Positions 48,905 to 58,785 of a DNA stretch of 64,000 nucleotides are shown one piece after another (the stretch's first letter is position 1; each line of letters opens with the position of its first letter). Position numbers and translations under genes: made by a program. The stretch spans positions 20,749 through 84,748 of the forward strand of contig CAMAVA010000001.1 in assembly GCA_945861515.1 (NCBI GenBank), given 5' to 3'. Below the pieces are notes generated by a model that saw only the letters and a list, made by a program, of their open reading frames with translations, did no database searches and was not told the origin of the DNA. Origin of the DNA: Brevundimonas vancanneytii (lineage in GTDB: Bacteria > Pseudomonadota > Alphaproteobacteria > Caulobacterales > Caulobacteraceae).

Positions 48905-50458
48905 TCACGCCGCGCGGGCATCCGTGTCGGCCATTCGCTGAATGGCCACATAGTCGGTCTTGCCGGTGCCCAGGACAGGCACTTCCGACACCTTCAGGAT
49001 CTTTCGCGGCACCGCAAGTTCAGGAGCCCCGATGGCCTGGGCATGAGCCAGAAGCGGCGAGACAGAAGCATCGGCGCGGTCGGTGACCAGCACAAGTCTT
49101 TCGCCCTTTCGGGGATCAGGCATCGAAATCACCGCGTGGCGGCCGTCCGGCCAGACTGCCGAAGCCAGGTCCTCCGCTGCCGTAAGGGACACCATTTCGC
49201 CGCCGATCTTGGCGAACCGCTTGACGCGGCCCTTGATGACAATCCACTGGTCGGCGGAAACCGTCACCACATCGCCCGTATCGTGCCAGCCGCCTTCCGG
49301 CGCATCGATACCGCCGTCCTCGCGAAGATAGCCCGCCATGATGTTGGGCCCGCGGATCAGAAGGCGCCCGCCTTCGGCAATCCCGTCGACGGGCTCGACC
49401 CGATATTCGACGCCGGGCAGCAGGCCGCCGACGCTGCCACGGCGGTTGTCATTGGGCTTGTTGACCGCCACTACGGGCGCCGCCTCGGTCGCGCCGTAGC
49501 CCTCCAGCACCGGAACGCCGTCAAAGCGATCGGCCAGCAGGTTGTGGGTCTCCTCGCGCACCTTTTCGGCGCCGCAGACGATGAACTGCAGCGCGGACAG
49601 ATCGCCAGGGTCGGCCGCTCGCGCATACTGATTCACGAAGGTGTCCGTCGCGAGCAGGATAGAGGCGCCGGAATCGCGGATCAGGGGCGGGATCTGCTTG
49701 GCATGGAGCGGCGACGGGTACTGAAACGCCTTCATGCCGGTCAGCAGCGGCAGGATGACTCCGCCCGTCAGGCCAAAGCAGTGAAAGGTTGGCAGCGGAT
49801 TGAACATCACCCAGGCCGGATCCAGATCGATATGGGCGGCGATCTGCTCGGCATTGGCGATCAGGTTGGCCTGGGTCAGCACCACGCCCCTGGGGGCGCC
49901 GAAACTGCCGGAGGTGAACAGGATCACTCCAGGGTCGCCGGGACGGGATTTGGTGCGAAACGCCTTGGGCGCCAGGCCGGCCGCAGCGGCATAGAGCTTT
50001 TCAGCCGTTCCGATCGATGCCCGGACATCTTCCAGATAGACAACCTTGCAGGTCGATTCGAGCGCATCGACCAGATCATGCAGCTTGCCCTGTTCGATGA
50101 AGGCGTGGGCCGTCAGCACGGTCTTGACCCCGGCCAACTTGCAGGCGGCGCGAAGATTTCTCAGGCCTGACGTAAAGTTCAGCATGGTTGGCACGCGACC
50201 AAACGCATGCAGGCCGAAGAACGTCACCACCACGCCGGCGCTGGAGGGGAGCAGCAGTCCGACCCGCTCTCCTGCGTCGGTGAACCCGGCAATCTTGCGT
50301 CCCAGGGCGAAACTGGCCCGGATCAGGTCAGTGTAGCTCAGGGGTTGCCGGTTCTGATCTTCCAGAATGGGCTTCTTGGCCCCGTAGCGGGCCCGGGCGA
50401 CGAGCAGCGCGTCAAAAAGCGACCGCTCAGCCTCCCGCGCATCATAGGCACGCGGCAT
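48905..50458 (-). CDS. AMP-binding acyl-ACP synthetase-like protein (Aas C-terminal domain only)
   Basis: FTSGSFGAPRG, PTFHCFGL, EGYGATE, WHDTGD, GRVKRFAKIGGEMVSL. Confidence 0.9.
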   Translation of the reverse strand: MPRAYDAREAERSLFDALLVARARYGAKKPILEDQNRQPLSYTDLIRASFALGRKIAGFTDAGERVGLLLPSSAGVVVTFFGLHAFGRVPTMLNFTSGLRNLRAACKLAGVKTVLTAHAFIEQGKLHDLVDALESTCKVVYLEDVRASIGTAEKLYAAAAGLAPKAFRTKSRPGDPGVILFTSGSFGAPRGVVLTQANLIANAEQIAAHIDLDPAWVMFNPLPTFHCFGLTGGVILPLLTGMKAFQYPSPLHAKQIPPLIRDSGASILLATDTFVNQYARAADPGDLSALQFIVCGAEKVREETHNLLADRFDGVPVLEGYGATEAAPVVAVNKPNDNRRGSVGGLLPGVEYRVEPVDGIAEGGRLLIRGPNIMAGYLREDGGIDAPEGGWHDTGDVVTVSADQWIVIKGRVKRFAKIGGEMVSLTAAEDLASAVWPDGRHAVISMPDPRKGERLVLVTDRADASVSPLLAHAQAIGAPELAVPRKILKVSEVPVLGTGKTDYVAIQRMADTDARAA

Positions 50459-50535
50459 CTAGGCGAACTCCCCAACATTTCTGATCAGTCTTGTGACGGT
50501 TAACTTATAGATCGTCATTCCGATTGGAAAGGCGC

Positions 50536-51549
50536 TCACGGCTCATCGCTTGCCGGTGGTGGCGGGGACCAGATGCCGATACCGGAGTCTTCCCGTATGA
50601 ACTGATCGATGGTCCCAAGCCATTGGGTCCGGGCCAGGTCCTGCATGAGGTGGCCGGATACCCGATTCGGGACCGGGCCCAGCTTCAGGGTCCGACAATT
50701 CCCGGCAGCGGCGCAGTCCGCCCGGAAACCTTCGTCTGCATTGATCATCAGGACAGGAAGCGTCAGCGTCTTGAGGGCGGCCTGAGCGTTCTGGAAAGCC
50801 TCTGCCATGACGACTCGCCGGCCGATGCTGGATCCCGCCATGCGAAGGTCCGGATTGGCCGTCTGCCATTGCTGCTGCAACCGGCCGCGATAGGGGTCCG
50901 TTCCCGGCGGAGACTTCGCATCCCGCCGCCAGCCGGGTTGCCGAGGGTCTCTCACCCACCCGAGCCCCAACCGGTTGATACTGGTCTCCATCGGGGTCAC
51001 GGAGTCCGGCTTGTGGATCGAGGACAGGACCAGCCTTGTTCCGGCCAGTCCCCGGGCGGCCGAGAGCAGGGCGAATATTCCGCCCGACTCACTTCCAAGC
51101 AGGATCAGAGGCTTTCCATCCTGGGGGATGGAGGCCCCTGTCATGGCCTTGATGGCCTGCAGGTCGGCATCGATTGCGGGTATATGCCCGGTATCCGCCG
51201 GACCGGTGAAGCGGCCCGATCCTCCCTGGCCGGCGCCCTCCAGGACCCAGACGGCATATCCCCTGTCATTGAGGTCGGATGCCGTTTCAAACCAGACCTC
51301 TGCGCTTTCGCCGTAGCCCGTCAGCACCAGAATATGGGCGATCGGCGCATTGCGCGGAGAAGAAACGCCATAGCGCTGCGCCGGAAACGCGCCCGACTGC
51401 ACCAGCCCCCAGGCCCAGCCGTTCGGAGGGAAAAAGCGCGCGCCGAGTCCCGGCGGAAGGCGTGATTCAACGAACGCCTCCGAAGACCGGCCCGGACCGC
51501 AGGCCGTCAGCAGGCAAAAAAGTCCCAGAAGCAGAAATCGCTTGGCCAT
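50536..51549 (-). CDS. PldB-like alpha/beta-hydrolase-fold lipoprotein, nucleophile motif altered
   Basis: Lipobox LTA-C, LTGYGESAEVWFE, GQGGSGR, LLGSESGG, LPVLMI. Confidence 0.8.
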   Translation of the reverse strand: MAKRFLLLGLFCLLTACGPGRSSEAFVESRLPPGLGARFFPPNGWAWGLVQSGAFPAQRYGVSSPRNAPIAHILVLTGYGESAEVWFETASDLNDRGYAVWVLEGAGQGGSGRFTGPADTGHIPAIDADLQAIKAMTGASIPQDGKPLILLGSESGGIFALLSAARGLAGTRLVLSSIHKPDSVTPMETSINRLGLGWVRDPRQPGWRRDAKSPPGTDPYRGRLQQQWQTANPDLRMAGSSIGRRVVMAEAFQNAQAALKTLTLPVLMINADEGFRADCAAAGNCRTLKLGPVPNRVSGHLMQDLARTQWLGTIDQFIREDSGIGIWSPPPPASDEP

Positions 51550-51679
51550 TGAAGGCGACTTTGAGGGGGGCGCAGGGCATGGGGCAAGAGCGTCGCCGCA
51601 ACAGAGGCAAGAATTGAAAGCGCCGGCCCGTCAGGAAGCCGACCCTTGATCCCTGACGCAAGAACGCTGATCTAGGGGC

Positions 51680-52636
51680 ATGGCCACCCTGATCGACACG
51701 CTCAAGCCCAAGGTTCGGCATCCCGAGAAGCAGGGGCGGCCCGACTCGCCCCTGCTTCGCAAACCTGACTGGTTGCGGGTCAAGGCGCCTGGAAGCCCCG
51801 GCTATCTGGAAACACGGTCGATCGTGAAGGCGCATGGCCTGACGACCGTGTGCGAAGAAGCCGCCTGTCCCAACATCGGCGAGTGCTGGACCCAGAAGCA
51901 CGCCACGATGATGATCATGGGCGATACCTGCACCCGCGCCTGCGCATTCTGCAATGTCGCGACGGGCCGGCCGCTGCCGCTAGATCCCTCGGAGCCCGGT
52001 CGGGTCGCCGAAGCCGTCGCCCGGATGGCCCTGCGTCATGTCGTCATCACCTCTGTGGATCGTGATGATCTGCCGGACGGCGGGGCCCAGCATTTTGCGG
52101 ACGTGGTCCATGCGATCCGCTCTGCGGCCCCGGACACTACTATTGAGATCCTGACCCCGGATTTTCTCAGGAAGCATGGCGCCGAACAGGTCGTGATCGA
52201 TGCGGCGCCGGATGTCTTCAACCACAATCTCGAAACTGTGCCGCGGCTGTATCTCGGCATCCGCCCCGGCGCCCGATACTATCACTCCCTGCGACTGCTC
52301 GAACGGGTGAAGGAGCGGGATCCTTTACGCTTCACCAAGTCGGGTCTGATGGTCGGCCTGGGGGAGACCCGGGAGGAAGTCATGCAGGTCATGGATGACA
52401 TGCGATCGGCGAACATCGATTTCCTGACCATCGGCCAGTACCTCCAGCCGACTCGCAAGCACGCCCCGGTCGACCGCTTCGTTTCGCCGGATGAATTTGC
52501 GGCGTTGGAGCAGATCGCCAGGTCCAAGGGCTTCCTGATGGTGTCGGCCAGCCCCCTGACCCGCTCTTCCCACCATGCGGGAGAAGACTTCGAACGCTTG
52601 AAAGCGGCACGGCATTCCCGGATGGCGGCGGGATAG
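51680..52636 (+). CDS. lipA: Lipoyl synthase
   Basis: [32 protein letters not shown]-like TRSSHHA. Confidence 0.98.
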   Translation: MATLIDTLKPKVRHPEKQGRPDSPLLRKPDWLRVKAPGSPGYLETRSIVKAHGLTTVCEEAACPNIGECWTQKHATMMIMGDTCTRACAFCNVATGRPLPLDPSEPGRVAEAVARMALRHVVITSVDRDDLPDGGAQHFADVVHAIRSAAPDTTIEILTPDFLRKHGAEQVVIDAAPDVFNHNLETVPRLYLGIRPGARYYHSLRLLERVKERDPLRFTKSGLMVGLGETREEVMQVMDDMRSANIDFLTIGQYLQPTRKHAPVDRFVSPDEFAALEQIARSKGFLMVSASPLTRSSHHAGEDFERLKAARHSRMAAG

Positions 52637-52640
52637 ACGA

Positions 52641-53114
52641 TTGCGGCATCACGTCATTCGAGTTCTGCCCTATTCGCCGCAGCTGCTGTTCTCGCTGGTC
52701 GGCGATGTCGAGGGCTACCCCGAGTTTGTACCCTGGTGCCAAAGCATGAGGGTCTGGAACCGTCGCCCCCCTGTCGACGGGGTAGACCAGCTCGACGCCG
52801 AGGCTGGCGTGGCCTTCAGCTTTCTGAGGGAAAAATTCGCCACGAGAGTTCGCCGGGACAGCCAGCTCATGACCATTGATGTCAGCCTGCTGTACGGGCC
52901 CTTTCGCCGGCTTCAGAACCGCTGGCAGTTCGACCATGCGCCGGGCGGCTGCGAGGTGCGATTCGATATCGACTTCGAGTTCAAGACGCCCATGCTGGAT
53001 CGGATCCTGGCCGCCAATTTCGAACCTGCGGTCAGTCGCCTGATGGCCTGTTTCGAAGCCAGGGCAAGAGACAGGAGCGCCGGAACGCCTGACTCGCCTC
53101 AAACAGCGCCATGA
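52641..53114 (+). CDS. START/SRPBCC protein (Coq10/RatA family)
   Basis: LVGDVEGYPEFVPWC, GPFRRLQNRW, F..RA. Confidence 0.9.
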   Translation: MRHHVIRVLPYSPQLLFSLVGDVEGYPEFVPWCQSMRVWNRRPPVDGVDQLDAEAGVAFSFLREKFATRVRRDSQLMTIDVSLLYGPFRRLQNRWQFDHAPGGCEVRFDIDFEFKTPMLDRILAANFEPAVSRLMACFEARARDRSAGTPDSPQTAP

Positions 53115-53126
53115 CGCCTGGACAGG

Positions 53127-53666
53127 TCAGCGCGTGTCGCCCGGCCGGCTGCCCGGGAGACCTTCGCTATCGTCGCGGGGCAGGATGCCGCCCTGTCCGA
53201 CATTGCCGAGCAGTTGTTCCAGGATCGTGATTTCACGGCCCCGGGTAGGCGTCTCACGCCCGTTGAAGGCGATAACCTTGCCGTCTTCGAGGGTGTAGAC
53301 GTTCACTGATTCGACCTGGTCGCCGTCGGGGGTGAAGGAGACGGCCACCACATCGCGCTTGGCGACGCGCGGCGTATAGAAGGCGACGCGGTCCGTGACC
53401 TGGCTGACATAGAACCAGAGATTGGAGTCAAGGGCGCCGGCCTGACGGATCTCTTCCCCTGGCTTGGCGGCGCGGCTTTCCGTAAGGGAGGTTGCCGAAG
53501 GCGACCCCAGTTTCGAAAGGACTGTGGACTTGGTGTCTTCGCCAACCTTCACATCAGCGGGATTGCTTTCGACGACCTGGAAACCGGAATAGGTGGTCAT
53601 CGGGGTGCAGGCGCCCAGAACCAGGGCGCTGGCGGTGACGAGCAGAAGAGCGGACTTACGGAACAT
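53127..53666 (-). CDS. bamE: Outer membrane assembly lipoprotein BamE
   Basis: Lipobox LGA-C, VLSKLGSPS, WFYVS, GREITILEQLLGN. Confidence 0.92.
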   Translation of the reverse strand: MFRKSALLLVTASALVLGACTPMTTYSGFQVVESNPADVKVGEDTKSTVLSKLGSPSATSLTESRAAKPGEEIRQAGALDSNLWFYVSQVTDRVAFYTPRVAKRDVVAVSFTPDGDQVESVNVYTLEDGKVIAFNGRETPTRGREITILEQLLGNVGQGGILPRDDSEGLPGSRPGDTR

Positions 53667-53763
53667 AACGTCTCCGGACGGTGTGGCCTTTGACCTATCG
53701 CCCGCGGGGGCCTAGTTCAATGGCTGCGTTGTAGCGGCTGGACAGGGCGAAATCGAGGCGGAC

Positions 53764-54291
53764 ATGTTTTTCAAGAGATGGACGCGAACCAGACCCGCCC
53801 AGACGGCCGCTGACGCGCTTTATGCAGGCGCCGTCGCTCAGGCGCGTGTTCCGGCCCTGTATCAGGCCTATCAGGCTCCGGATACGCGCGAAGGTCGTTT
53901 CGAACTCTACAGCCTGCATGTGATTCTGATTCTCGATCGCCTCAAGGCGCAGGGAGATCAGGCGGCTGAAACGGCCCAGTTTCTCGTCGATCGTTACACG
54001 CGGGGCTTGGACGACGCCTTTCGCGAGATGGGGATCGGCGACCTGGCTGTTGCCAAGCGCATGAAGAAACTTGCTGAGGCCTTCTATGGCCGCGGGCGCG
54101 CCATGGACCAGGCCTTTGACGCACTACCCGATAAACGCTCGCTTGAGGCCCTTATCGAGCGCACCCTGTTTGAGGGGGCTCCCGACCCGGCCAGGGCTCT
54201 CTCAGCCTACATCCTTCAGGCGCGGCAGGACCTCGCCATCCAGCCGCTTGAATCGATCCTGTCCGGGAGCGTGACATGGCCGAAGATCTGA
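53764..54291 (+). CDS. Ubiquinol-cytochrome c chaperone (Cbp3-like)
   Basis: DTREGRFELYSLH, REMGIGDLAVAKRMKKL...FYGR. Confidence 0.9.
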   Translation: MFFKRWTRTRPAQTAADALYAGAVAQARVPALYQAYQAPDTREGRFELYSLHVILILDRLKAQGDQAAETAQFLVDRYTRGLDDAFREMGIGDLAVAKRMKKLAEAFYGRGRAMDQAFDALPDKRSLEALIERTLFEGAPDPARALSAYILQARQDLAIQPLESILSGSVTWPKI

Positions 54292-54818
54292 GCCGTGCTC
54301 CGCTCTGGTCCCGGAAGGTGACCTTGGCGGACGTCTCGCGCGCTCCGCAGATCATCGCGCTGGAGGCGGACGCTGCGACCCGAATGGCAATTGCCCGGGA
54401 TCTCGACATTGAGCGTCTGGATCTTCTGACGGCCAGGGTGACCGTCCGCCCATGGCTGGACGGAGCCGAAATCGACGGTGAATTGAAGGCTGAGGTTACC
54501 CTTCTATGCAGCCTTTCCGGCGAGCCGTTCGAGCAGTTGATCACGGCCCGTTTCGCGGTCCGGGCCGTGCCGGAGGGCAGTGATGCAGCCCCCAGCACAG
54601 ACCAGCTTGAGGTTGATATCGATCCGGAAGGCGACGACCCGCCCGATGTGCTCGAAACTGACCGTATCGACGTAGCTGCCTATGTCGTGGAGCATCTGGC
54701 CCTGGAGATCGATCCTTTTCCGCGCAAGCCGGGCGCCGTGTTTGAGCCCGTTGCCGACCAGGCGGAAATCTCTCCCTTCTCGGTCTTGAGAAACCTCCGG
54801 GGAAAGGATGCCGAGTAG
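54276..54818 (+). CDS. DUF177/YceD family protein
   Basis: CSLSGEPF, IDVAAYVVEHLALEIDPFPRKPG, SPFSVL; upstream of plsX. Confidence 0.9.
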   Translation: MAEDLSRAPLWSRKVTLADVSRAPQIIALEADAATRMAIARDLDIERLDLLTARVTVRPWLDGAEIDGELKAEVTLLCSLSGEPFEQLITARFAVRAVPEGSDAAPSTDQLEVDIDPEGDDPPDVLETDRIDVAAYVVEHLALEIDPFPRKPGAVFEPVADQAEISPFSVLRNLRGKDAE

Positions 54819-54839
54819 CCCCAGCTGACCTACGAAGGC

Positions 54840-54867
54840 TTGCATCCCGCCGATCGGGCGCTATCGT
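54840..54867 (+). promoter_or_regulatory. Putative plsX promoter
   Basis: TTGCAT-N16-TATCGT. Confidence 0.45.
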
Positions 54868-54882
54868 CCGGCCCCTTCACCC

Positions 54883-54998
54883 TGAAACCCTTTTCGGGCT
54901 GATCGAAACAATCAGTCTCGGGAAAAGGGGGTTTCAACTCTTAAAAGTAGAGCCTTTTCACGCCGATAGCCGTTCCACACTTATCGGAAAATGCTCTG
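54883..54998. repeat. Two-module palindromic intergenic repeat (CIR-like) upstream of plsX
   Basis: TGAAACCCTTTTC...GAAAAGGGGGTTTCA hairpin (54883-54936), then TAGAGCCTTTTC...TCGGAAAATGCTCT, which shares a 14-nt exact match with 19545-19558. Confidence 0.7.
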
Positions 54999-55026
54999 CG
55001 GCATTTTCGGGAGCCACTGGCCCGCT

Positions 55027-56091
55027 TTGCCCGACCAAATCATCCTTTCAGTCGACGTCATGGGCGGAGACAACGGACCTTCCGTCGTCATCCCGGCGCT
55101 CGCCATGGCGTCCGCTGCGCCAACCGGCGATTCGGTCAGGTTTCTGCTGCATGGAGACCAGAACCAGATTGCCCGTGAGCTGTCGCGGTCGCCAGGTTTC
55201 GCGTCGCTTTGCGACATTCGCCATACGGACAAGTCGATATCCATGGAAGACAAGCCCGCCCAGGCGATGCGCCGGGGAAAGGGCTCGTCCTTGTGGAACG
55301 CTGTTGCTTGCGTGAAGTCCGGAGAGGCGCATGCCGCGATTTCTGCCGGCAATACCGGCGCGCTGATGGCGATTTCGATGCTGTTGCTTCGTCTTGCGCC
55401 CGGGGTTGACCGGCCCGCCCTGACTGCCAGCTGGCCCACCTCGCGGGGTGTGACAACCGTTCTCGATGTGGGCGCAAACGTCGAAAGTGATGCCGAACAA
55501 CTCGTCGAATTTGCGATTATGGGCGCCGCCTTTCATCACGCCATTCACGGAACCAGGCGACCAGCGGTCGGATTGCTGAATGTCGGTTCCGAGGAGCAGA
55601 AGGGCCATGAAGAAGTCAGGGAAGCGCACGCCCTGCTTCGCAGCACCGATTTCGAATTCGACTATTTCGGCTTTGTGGAAGGCGACGACATTACGCGCGG
55701 CACCGTGGATGTCGTGGTGACCGATGGCTTTACCGGCAATATCCTGCTGAAGACCGCCGAGGGCGTGGCGCGCTTTTTTGCAGCAGAGCTCAAGTCTGCC
55801 CTGACCTCAGGTCCCCTGGCCATGACCGGGGCCTTGCTGGCCTCCGGGGCGCTCAAGACCCTCAAGAGCCGGATGGACCCGGGGGCTGGCAACGGCGCGC
55901 CCCTGCTTGGGCTCAATGGCATCGTCATCAAGAGTCATGGCGGAGCTGACGCCGCCGGCTACGCGGCGGCGGTCCGCGTTGCCATAAATCTCGCACGCAG
56001 CGACTATGCTGCGGAAATCGACCGAAGCGTGAAGCGCCTGTCCGAAGTCCGGATGCAGGCCGAGGCCCCGGCGCAGGACGTTTCGACATGA
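55027..56091 (+). CDS. plsX: Phosphate acyltransferase PlsX (TTG start inferred)
   Basis: SVDVMGGD, SAGNTGALM, DVGANV, LLNVGSEEQKG, VTDGFTGN, IKSHG. Confidence 0.96.
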   Translation: MPDQIILSVDVMGGDNGPSVVIPALAMASAAPTGDSVRFLLHGDQNQIARELSRSPGFASLCDIRHTDKSISMEDKPAQAMRRGKGSSLWNAVACVKSGEAHAAISAGNTGALMAISMLLLRLAPGVDRPALTASWPTSRGVTTVLDVGANVESDAEQLVEFAIMGAAFHHAIHGTRRPAVGLLNVGSEEQKGHEEVREAHALLRSTDFEFDYFGFVEGDDITRGTVDVVVTDGFTGNILLKTAEGVARFFAAELKSALTSGPLAMTGALLASGALKTLKSRMDPGAGNGAPLLGLNGIVIKSHGGADAAGYAAAVRVAINLARSDYAAEIDRSVKRLSEVRMQAEAPAQDVST

Positions 56092-57068
56092 CGGCTCAGT
56101 TGCGCTCCGCCATCACCGGCGTCGGCGGCTATCTGCCTCCGGATATCGTCACCAACGATGCCCTTTCGCGGATCGTGGACACCAGCGATGAATGGATCAC
56201 CGAGCGGACCGGCATTCGGGAGAGACGTCGCGCGGCGGATGATGTGGCGGTTTCCGATCTCGCCGTGGAAGCAGCAAGACGCGCCCTTGCTGCGGCAGGA
56301 CGCAGGGCCGAAGACGTTGATCTGATCATCGTCGCCACGACGACGCCCGACCTGACCTTTCCCTCAACGGCAGCGATCGTTCAGCGCAAGCTGGGCTGTG
56401 GAACCGGGATCGCCTTTGACGTCCAGGCGGTCTGTTCCGGCTTCGTCTATGCCCTCACCGTGGCTGACGGCTTTGTGGGCAGGGGCCATAGCCAGTGCGC
56501 CCTTGTCATCGGCGCGGAGACCATGACCCGGCTGATGGACTGGTCTGACCGCGGGACCTGCGTCCTCTTCGGAGACGGCGCCGGCGCTGTGGTTGTCGAA
56601 CCGGTCATGGGAGAGGGCAAGACGTCCGATCGCGGTTTGCTGGGTTTTGCCCTGCGGTGCGACGGCACGAAGCAGGATCTGCTCTATGTCGATGGGGGTC
56701 CGTCAACGACCGGAACGGTGGGCAAACTGCGCATGATCGGAAACCAGGTGTTCCGCCATGCTGTCATCAATATTTCCGAGGCGGTGGAGTCTGCAGCTGC
56801 TCAGGCCGGCGTAACTATTCCGGAAGTGGACTGGTTCATTCCCCATCAGGCCAATGAGCGAATCCTGAAAGGGGTCGCCAATCGCCTCGGTCTGGAAGAA
56901 CACAAGGTCATTCAGACCGTCGCGATTCACGCCAATACCTCCGCTGCGTCGATTCCGCTTGCCCTTGCCCATGCCGTCGAGGACGGACGGATCAAGCCGG
57001 GCTCCTTGCTTCTGATGGAGGCCATGGGCGGCGGGCTGACCTGGGGCGCCTGTGTGGTGAGACTCTAG
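56088..57068 (+). CDS. fabH: 3-oxoacyl-ACP synthase III
   Basis: AVCSGF, LFGDGAGA, IPHQAN, HANTSAAS. Confidence 0.97.
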   Translation: MTAQLRSAITGVGGYLPPDIVTNDALSRIVDTSDEWITERTGIRERRRAADDVAVSDLAVEAARRALAAAGRRAEDVDLIIVATTTPDLTFPSTAAIVQRKLGCGTGIAFDVQAVCSGFVYALTVADGFVGRGHSQCALVIGAETMTRLMDWSDRGTCVLFGDGAGAVVVEPVMGEGKTSDRGLLGFALRCDGTKQDLLYVDGGPSTTGTVGKLRMIGNQVFRHAVINISEAVESAAAQAGVTIPEVDWFIPHQANERILKGVANRLGLEEHKVIQTVAIHANTSAASIPLALAHAVEDGRIKPGSLLLMEAMGGGLTWGACVVRL

Positions 57069-57156
57069 GCGCCGCCTTCGTCTACGGGCAGAACCCTTTG
57101 ACGCGGCGTGGTTTTCGCGCCATGGATGGCATATTGGTGGTCTGGGGAGAGGTCCC

Positions 57157-57459
57157 ATGAAGGGGACGACGCTGACGCGTGCGGAGTTGTGTGAGGCGGT
57201 CCACGAGGAAGTGGGACTGACACGACAGGATTGCGCTGAACTTGTTGAGCGGACACTCGACCTCATGGCCCAGGCCCTTGAGCTTGATGAGCAGGTCAAG
57301 CTGTCTGGCTTTGGCGTCTTTCAGGTCCGCGCCAAGCGCGCCCGGATGGGACGAAACCCCAAGACGGGCGAACCTGCGGAAATCGAGCCCCGCCGGGTTA
57401 TAGGCTTTCGTGCGAGCCAGGTCATGAAGGCGCGGATCGATCGCGCCCTTGAGGGTTAG
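57157..57459 (+). CDS. ihfA: Integration host factor alpha
   Basis: VKLSGFGVF, GRNPKTGE; fabH-ihfA-MerR synteny. Confidence 0.95.
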   Translation: MKGTTLTRAELCEAVHEEVGLTRQDCAELVERTLDLMAQALELDEQVKLSGFGVFQVRAKRARMGRNPKTGEPAEIEPRRVIGFRASQVMKARIDRALEG

Positions 57460-57467
57460 GACCGTCA

Positions 57468-57884
57468 TTGGCCAAAGGCCCCAACGCCTTTCGCACAATA
57501 TCTGAGGCCGCCGACGAACTGGGCGTGCCCCAGCATGTCCTGCGGTTCTGGGAAACCCGATTTTCCTTTGTCAGTCCGATGAAACGGGCCGGAGGTCGGC
57601 GATTCTACCGACCACAGGATATTCTCGTCCTGGCCGGAGTCCGGCGCCTGCTGCATGACGAAGGCTACACGATCAAGGGCGTGCAGAAGCTGCACAAGGA
57701 CCACGGGGTCAAGGTCCTGCTTGCTGCAGGGCAGGGGCTGACGATGGAGCGCCCGCCTGTCATGGAAGGCGACCCTGCAGAGACCGGCTCGATCGCGGCC
57801 GAGTCCCGGATTCGGCTCACGGATGCCCTTTTTGAGTTGCTGGCGGCGAGAGATCGGATTGATCAGCTCTTGGTAGGCAGATAG
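57468..57884 (+). CDS. MerR family transcriptional regulator
   Basis: FRTISEAADEL..PQHVLRFWETRF, GGRRFYRP, GYTIKGV. Confidence 0.92.
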   Translation: MAKGPNAFRTISEAADELGVPQHVLRFWETRFSFVSPMKRAGGRRFYRPQDILVLAGVRRLLHDEGYTIKGVQKLHKDHGVKVLLAAGQGLTMERPPVMEGDPAETGSIAAESRIRLTDALFELLAARDRIDQLLVGR

Positions 57885-58011
57885 CGCCCGGTCGCCGGCT
57901 TGGCTTGAATTGTTCCGTCGCCCAAACGTTTGAATCGACCGTGGTCAAATCAGCAAGATTGTCCGTTGCCGCAGGGCAGGGTCATCCCTATAAGGACCCT
58001 CCTTCCTGTGT

Positions 58012-58088
<77 letters not shown>

Positions 58089-58108
58089 TTCTCCTGAACT
58101 CTGGACCC

Positions 58109-58306
58109 TCAGGGCTCCTTGTTCATCCAGGAGAGCAGGGGGAAGAGCGGCAGCCCCCATGCCGTTCCCACCACCGCGAAGTAGACGAGTTCGATCGCGG
58201 GATGGCGTGGCAGGAGGTCGTGCAGGCTGACAGCCGCCATGGCGTAGAGCGCCAGAAAAACCAGGATCGCCAGGGTGCCGACGATCTTCTTGACAATCAG
58301 GGTCAT
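58109..58306 (-). CDS. DUF2842-like small membrane protein
   Basis: KKIVG...FLALY...ELVYFAVVGTAWGLPLFPLLSWM. Confidence 0.8.
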   Translation of the reverse strand: MTLIVKKIVGTLAILVFLALYAMAAVSLHDLLPRHPAIELVYFAVVGTAWGLPLFPLLSWMNKEP

Positions 58307-58406
58307 GCTTTGTTTCCGTCAGGGCCATCCCGACCGGCAAGACCTAGCGCAATCCGGTCGGCGGGGGAGCCCCGGTTTGACAGGACTTTGCCGCACACGG
58401 GTCAAG

Positions 58407-58691
58407 CTACGGAATTGAACGACCACCTTGCCTTGACTGCGCCCCACGATGGCGAGCCAGGCTCCAGATCGCGACTGCCATCAGCGCCATCAGCACCATG
58501 ACGGCCACAAGCTCCCAGATGGATCTGATCGTCAATCCGATCACGCTGGCCATCCCGGGCGCTGCGACGCCAGCGACCACCGCGCCAATCATCCCGGCAA
58601 AGGCGCCGCGCGGTCGCCCGAAAAGGCAGGCCGCCACACCGCCAATCAGGACACTCATCAGGACCAGGCCAAACAGGCCAGGCTGGGACAT
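58407..58691 (-). CDS. Small Gly-rich membrane protein (GlsB/YeaQ/YmgE-like, weak)
   Basis: MSQPGLFGLVLMSVLIGGVAA... three hydrophobic segments. Confidence 0.5.
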   Translation of the reverse strand: MSQPGLFGLVLMSVLIGGVAACLFGRPRGAFAGMIGAVVAGVAAPGMASVIGLTIRSIWELVAVMVLMALMAVAIWSLARHRGAQSRQGGRSIP

Positions 58692-58785
58692 GGTGATCTC
58701 GATGTTGCGAACTATCTCTCGCGGCCAGCCTAACATGTCCCGCTCGAAGCTGGACCCAGGATGTTGGGAAGCGTAGGAGCCCGCC

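Noticed and set aside
54819-55026. rpmF (L32), expected between yceD and plsX in some bacteria
   Set aside because: No MAVP-type ORF; the ATAGCCGTTCC resemblance lies inside the repeat element
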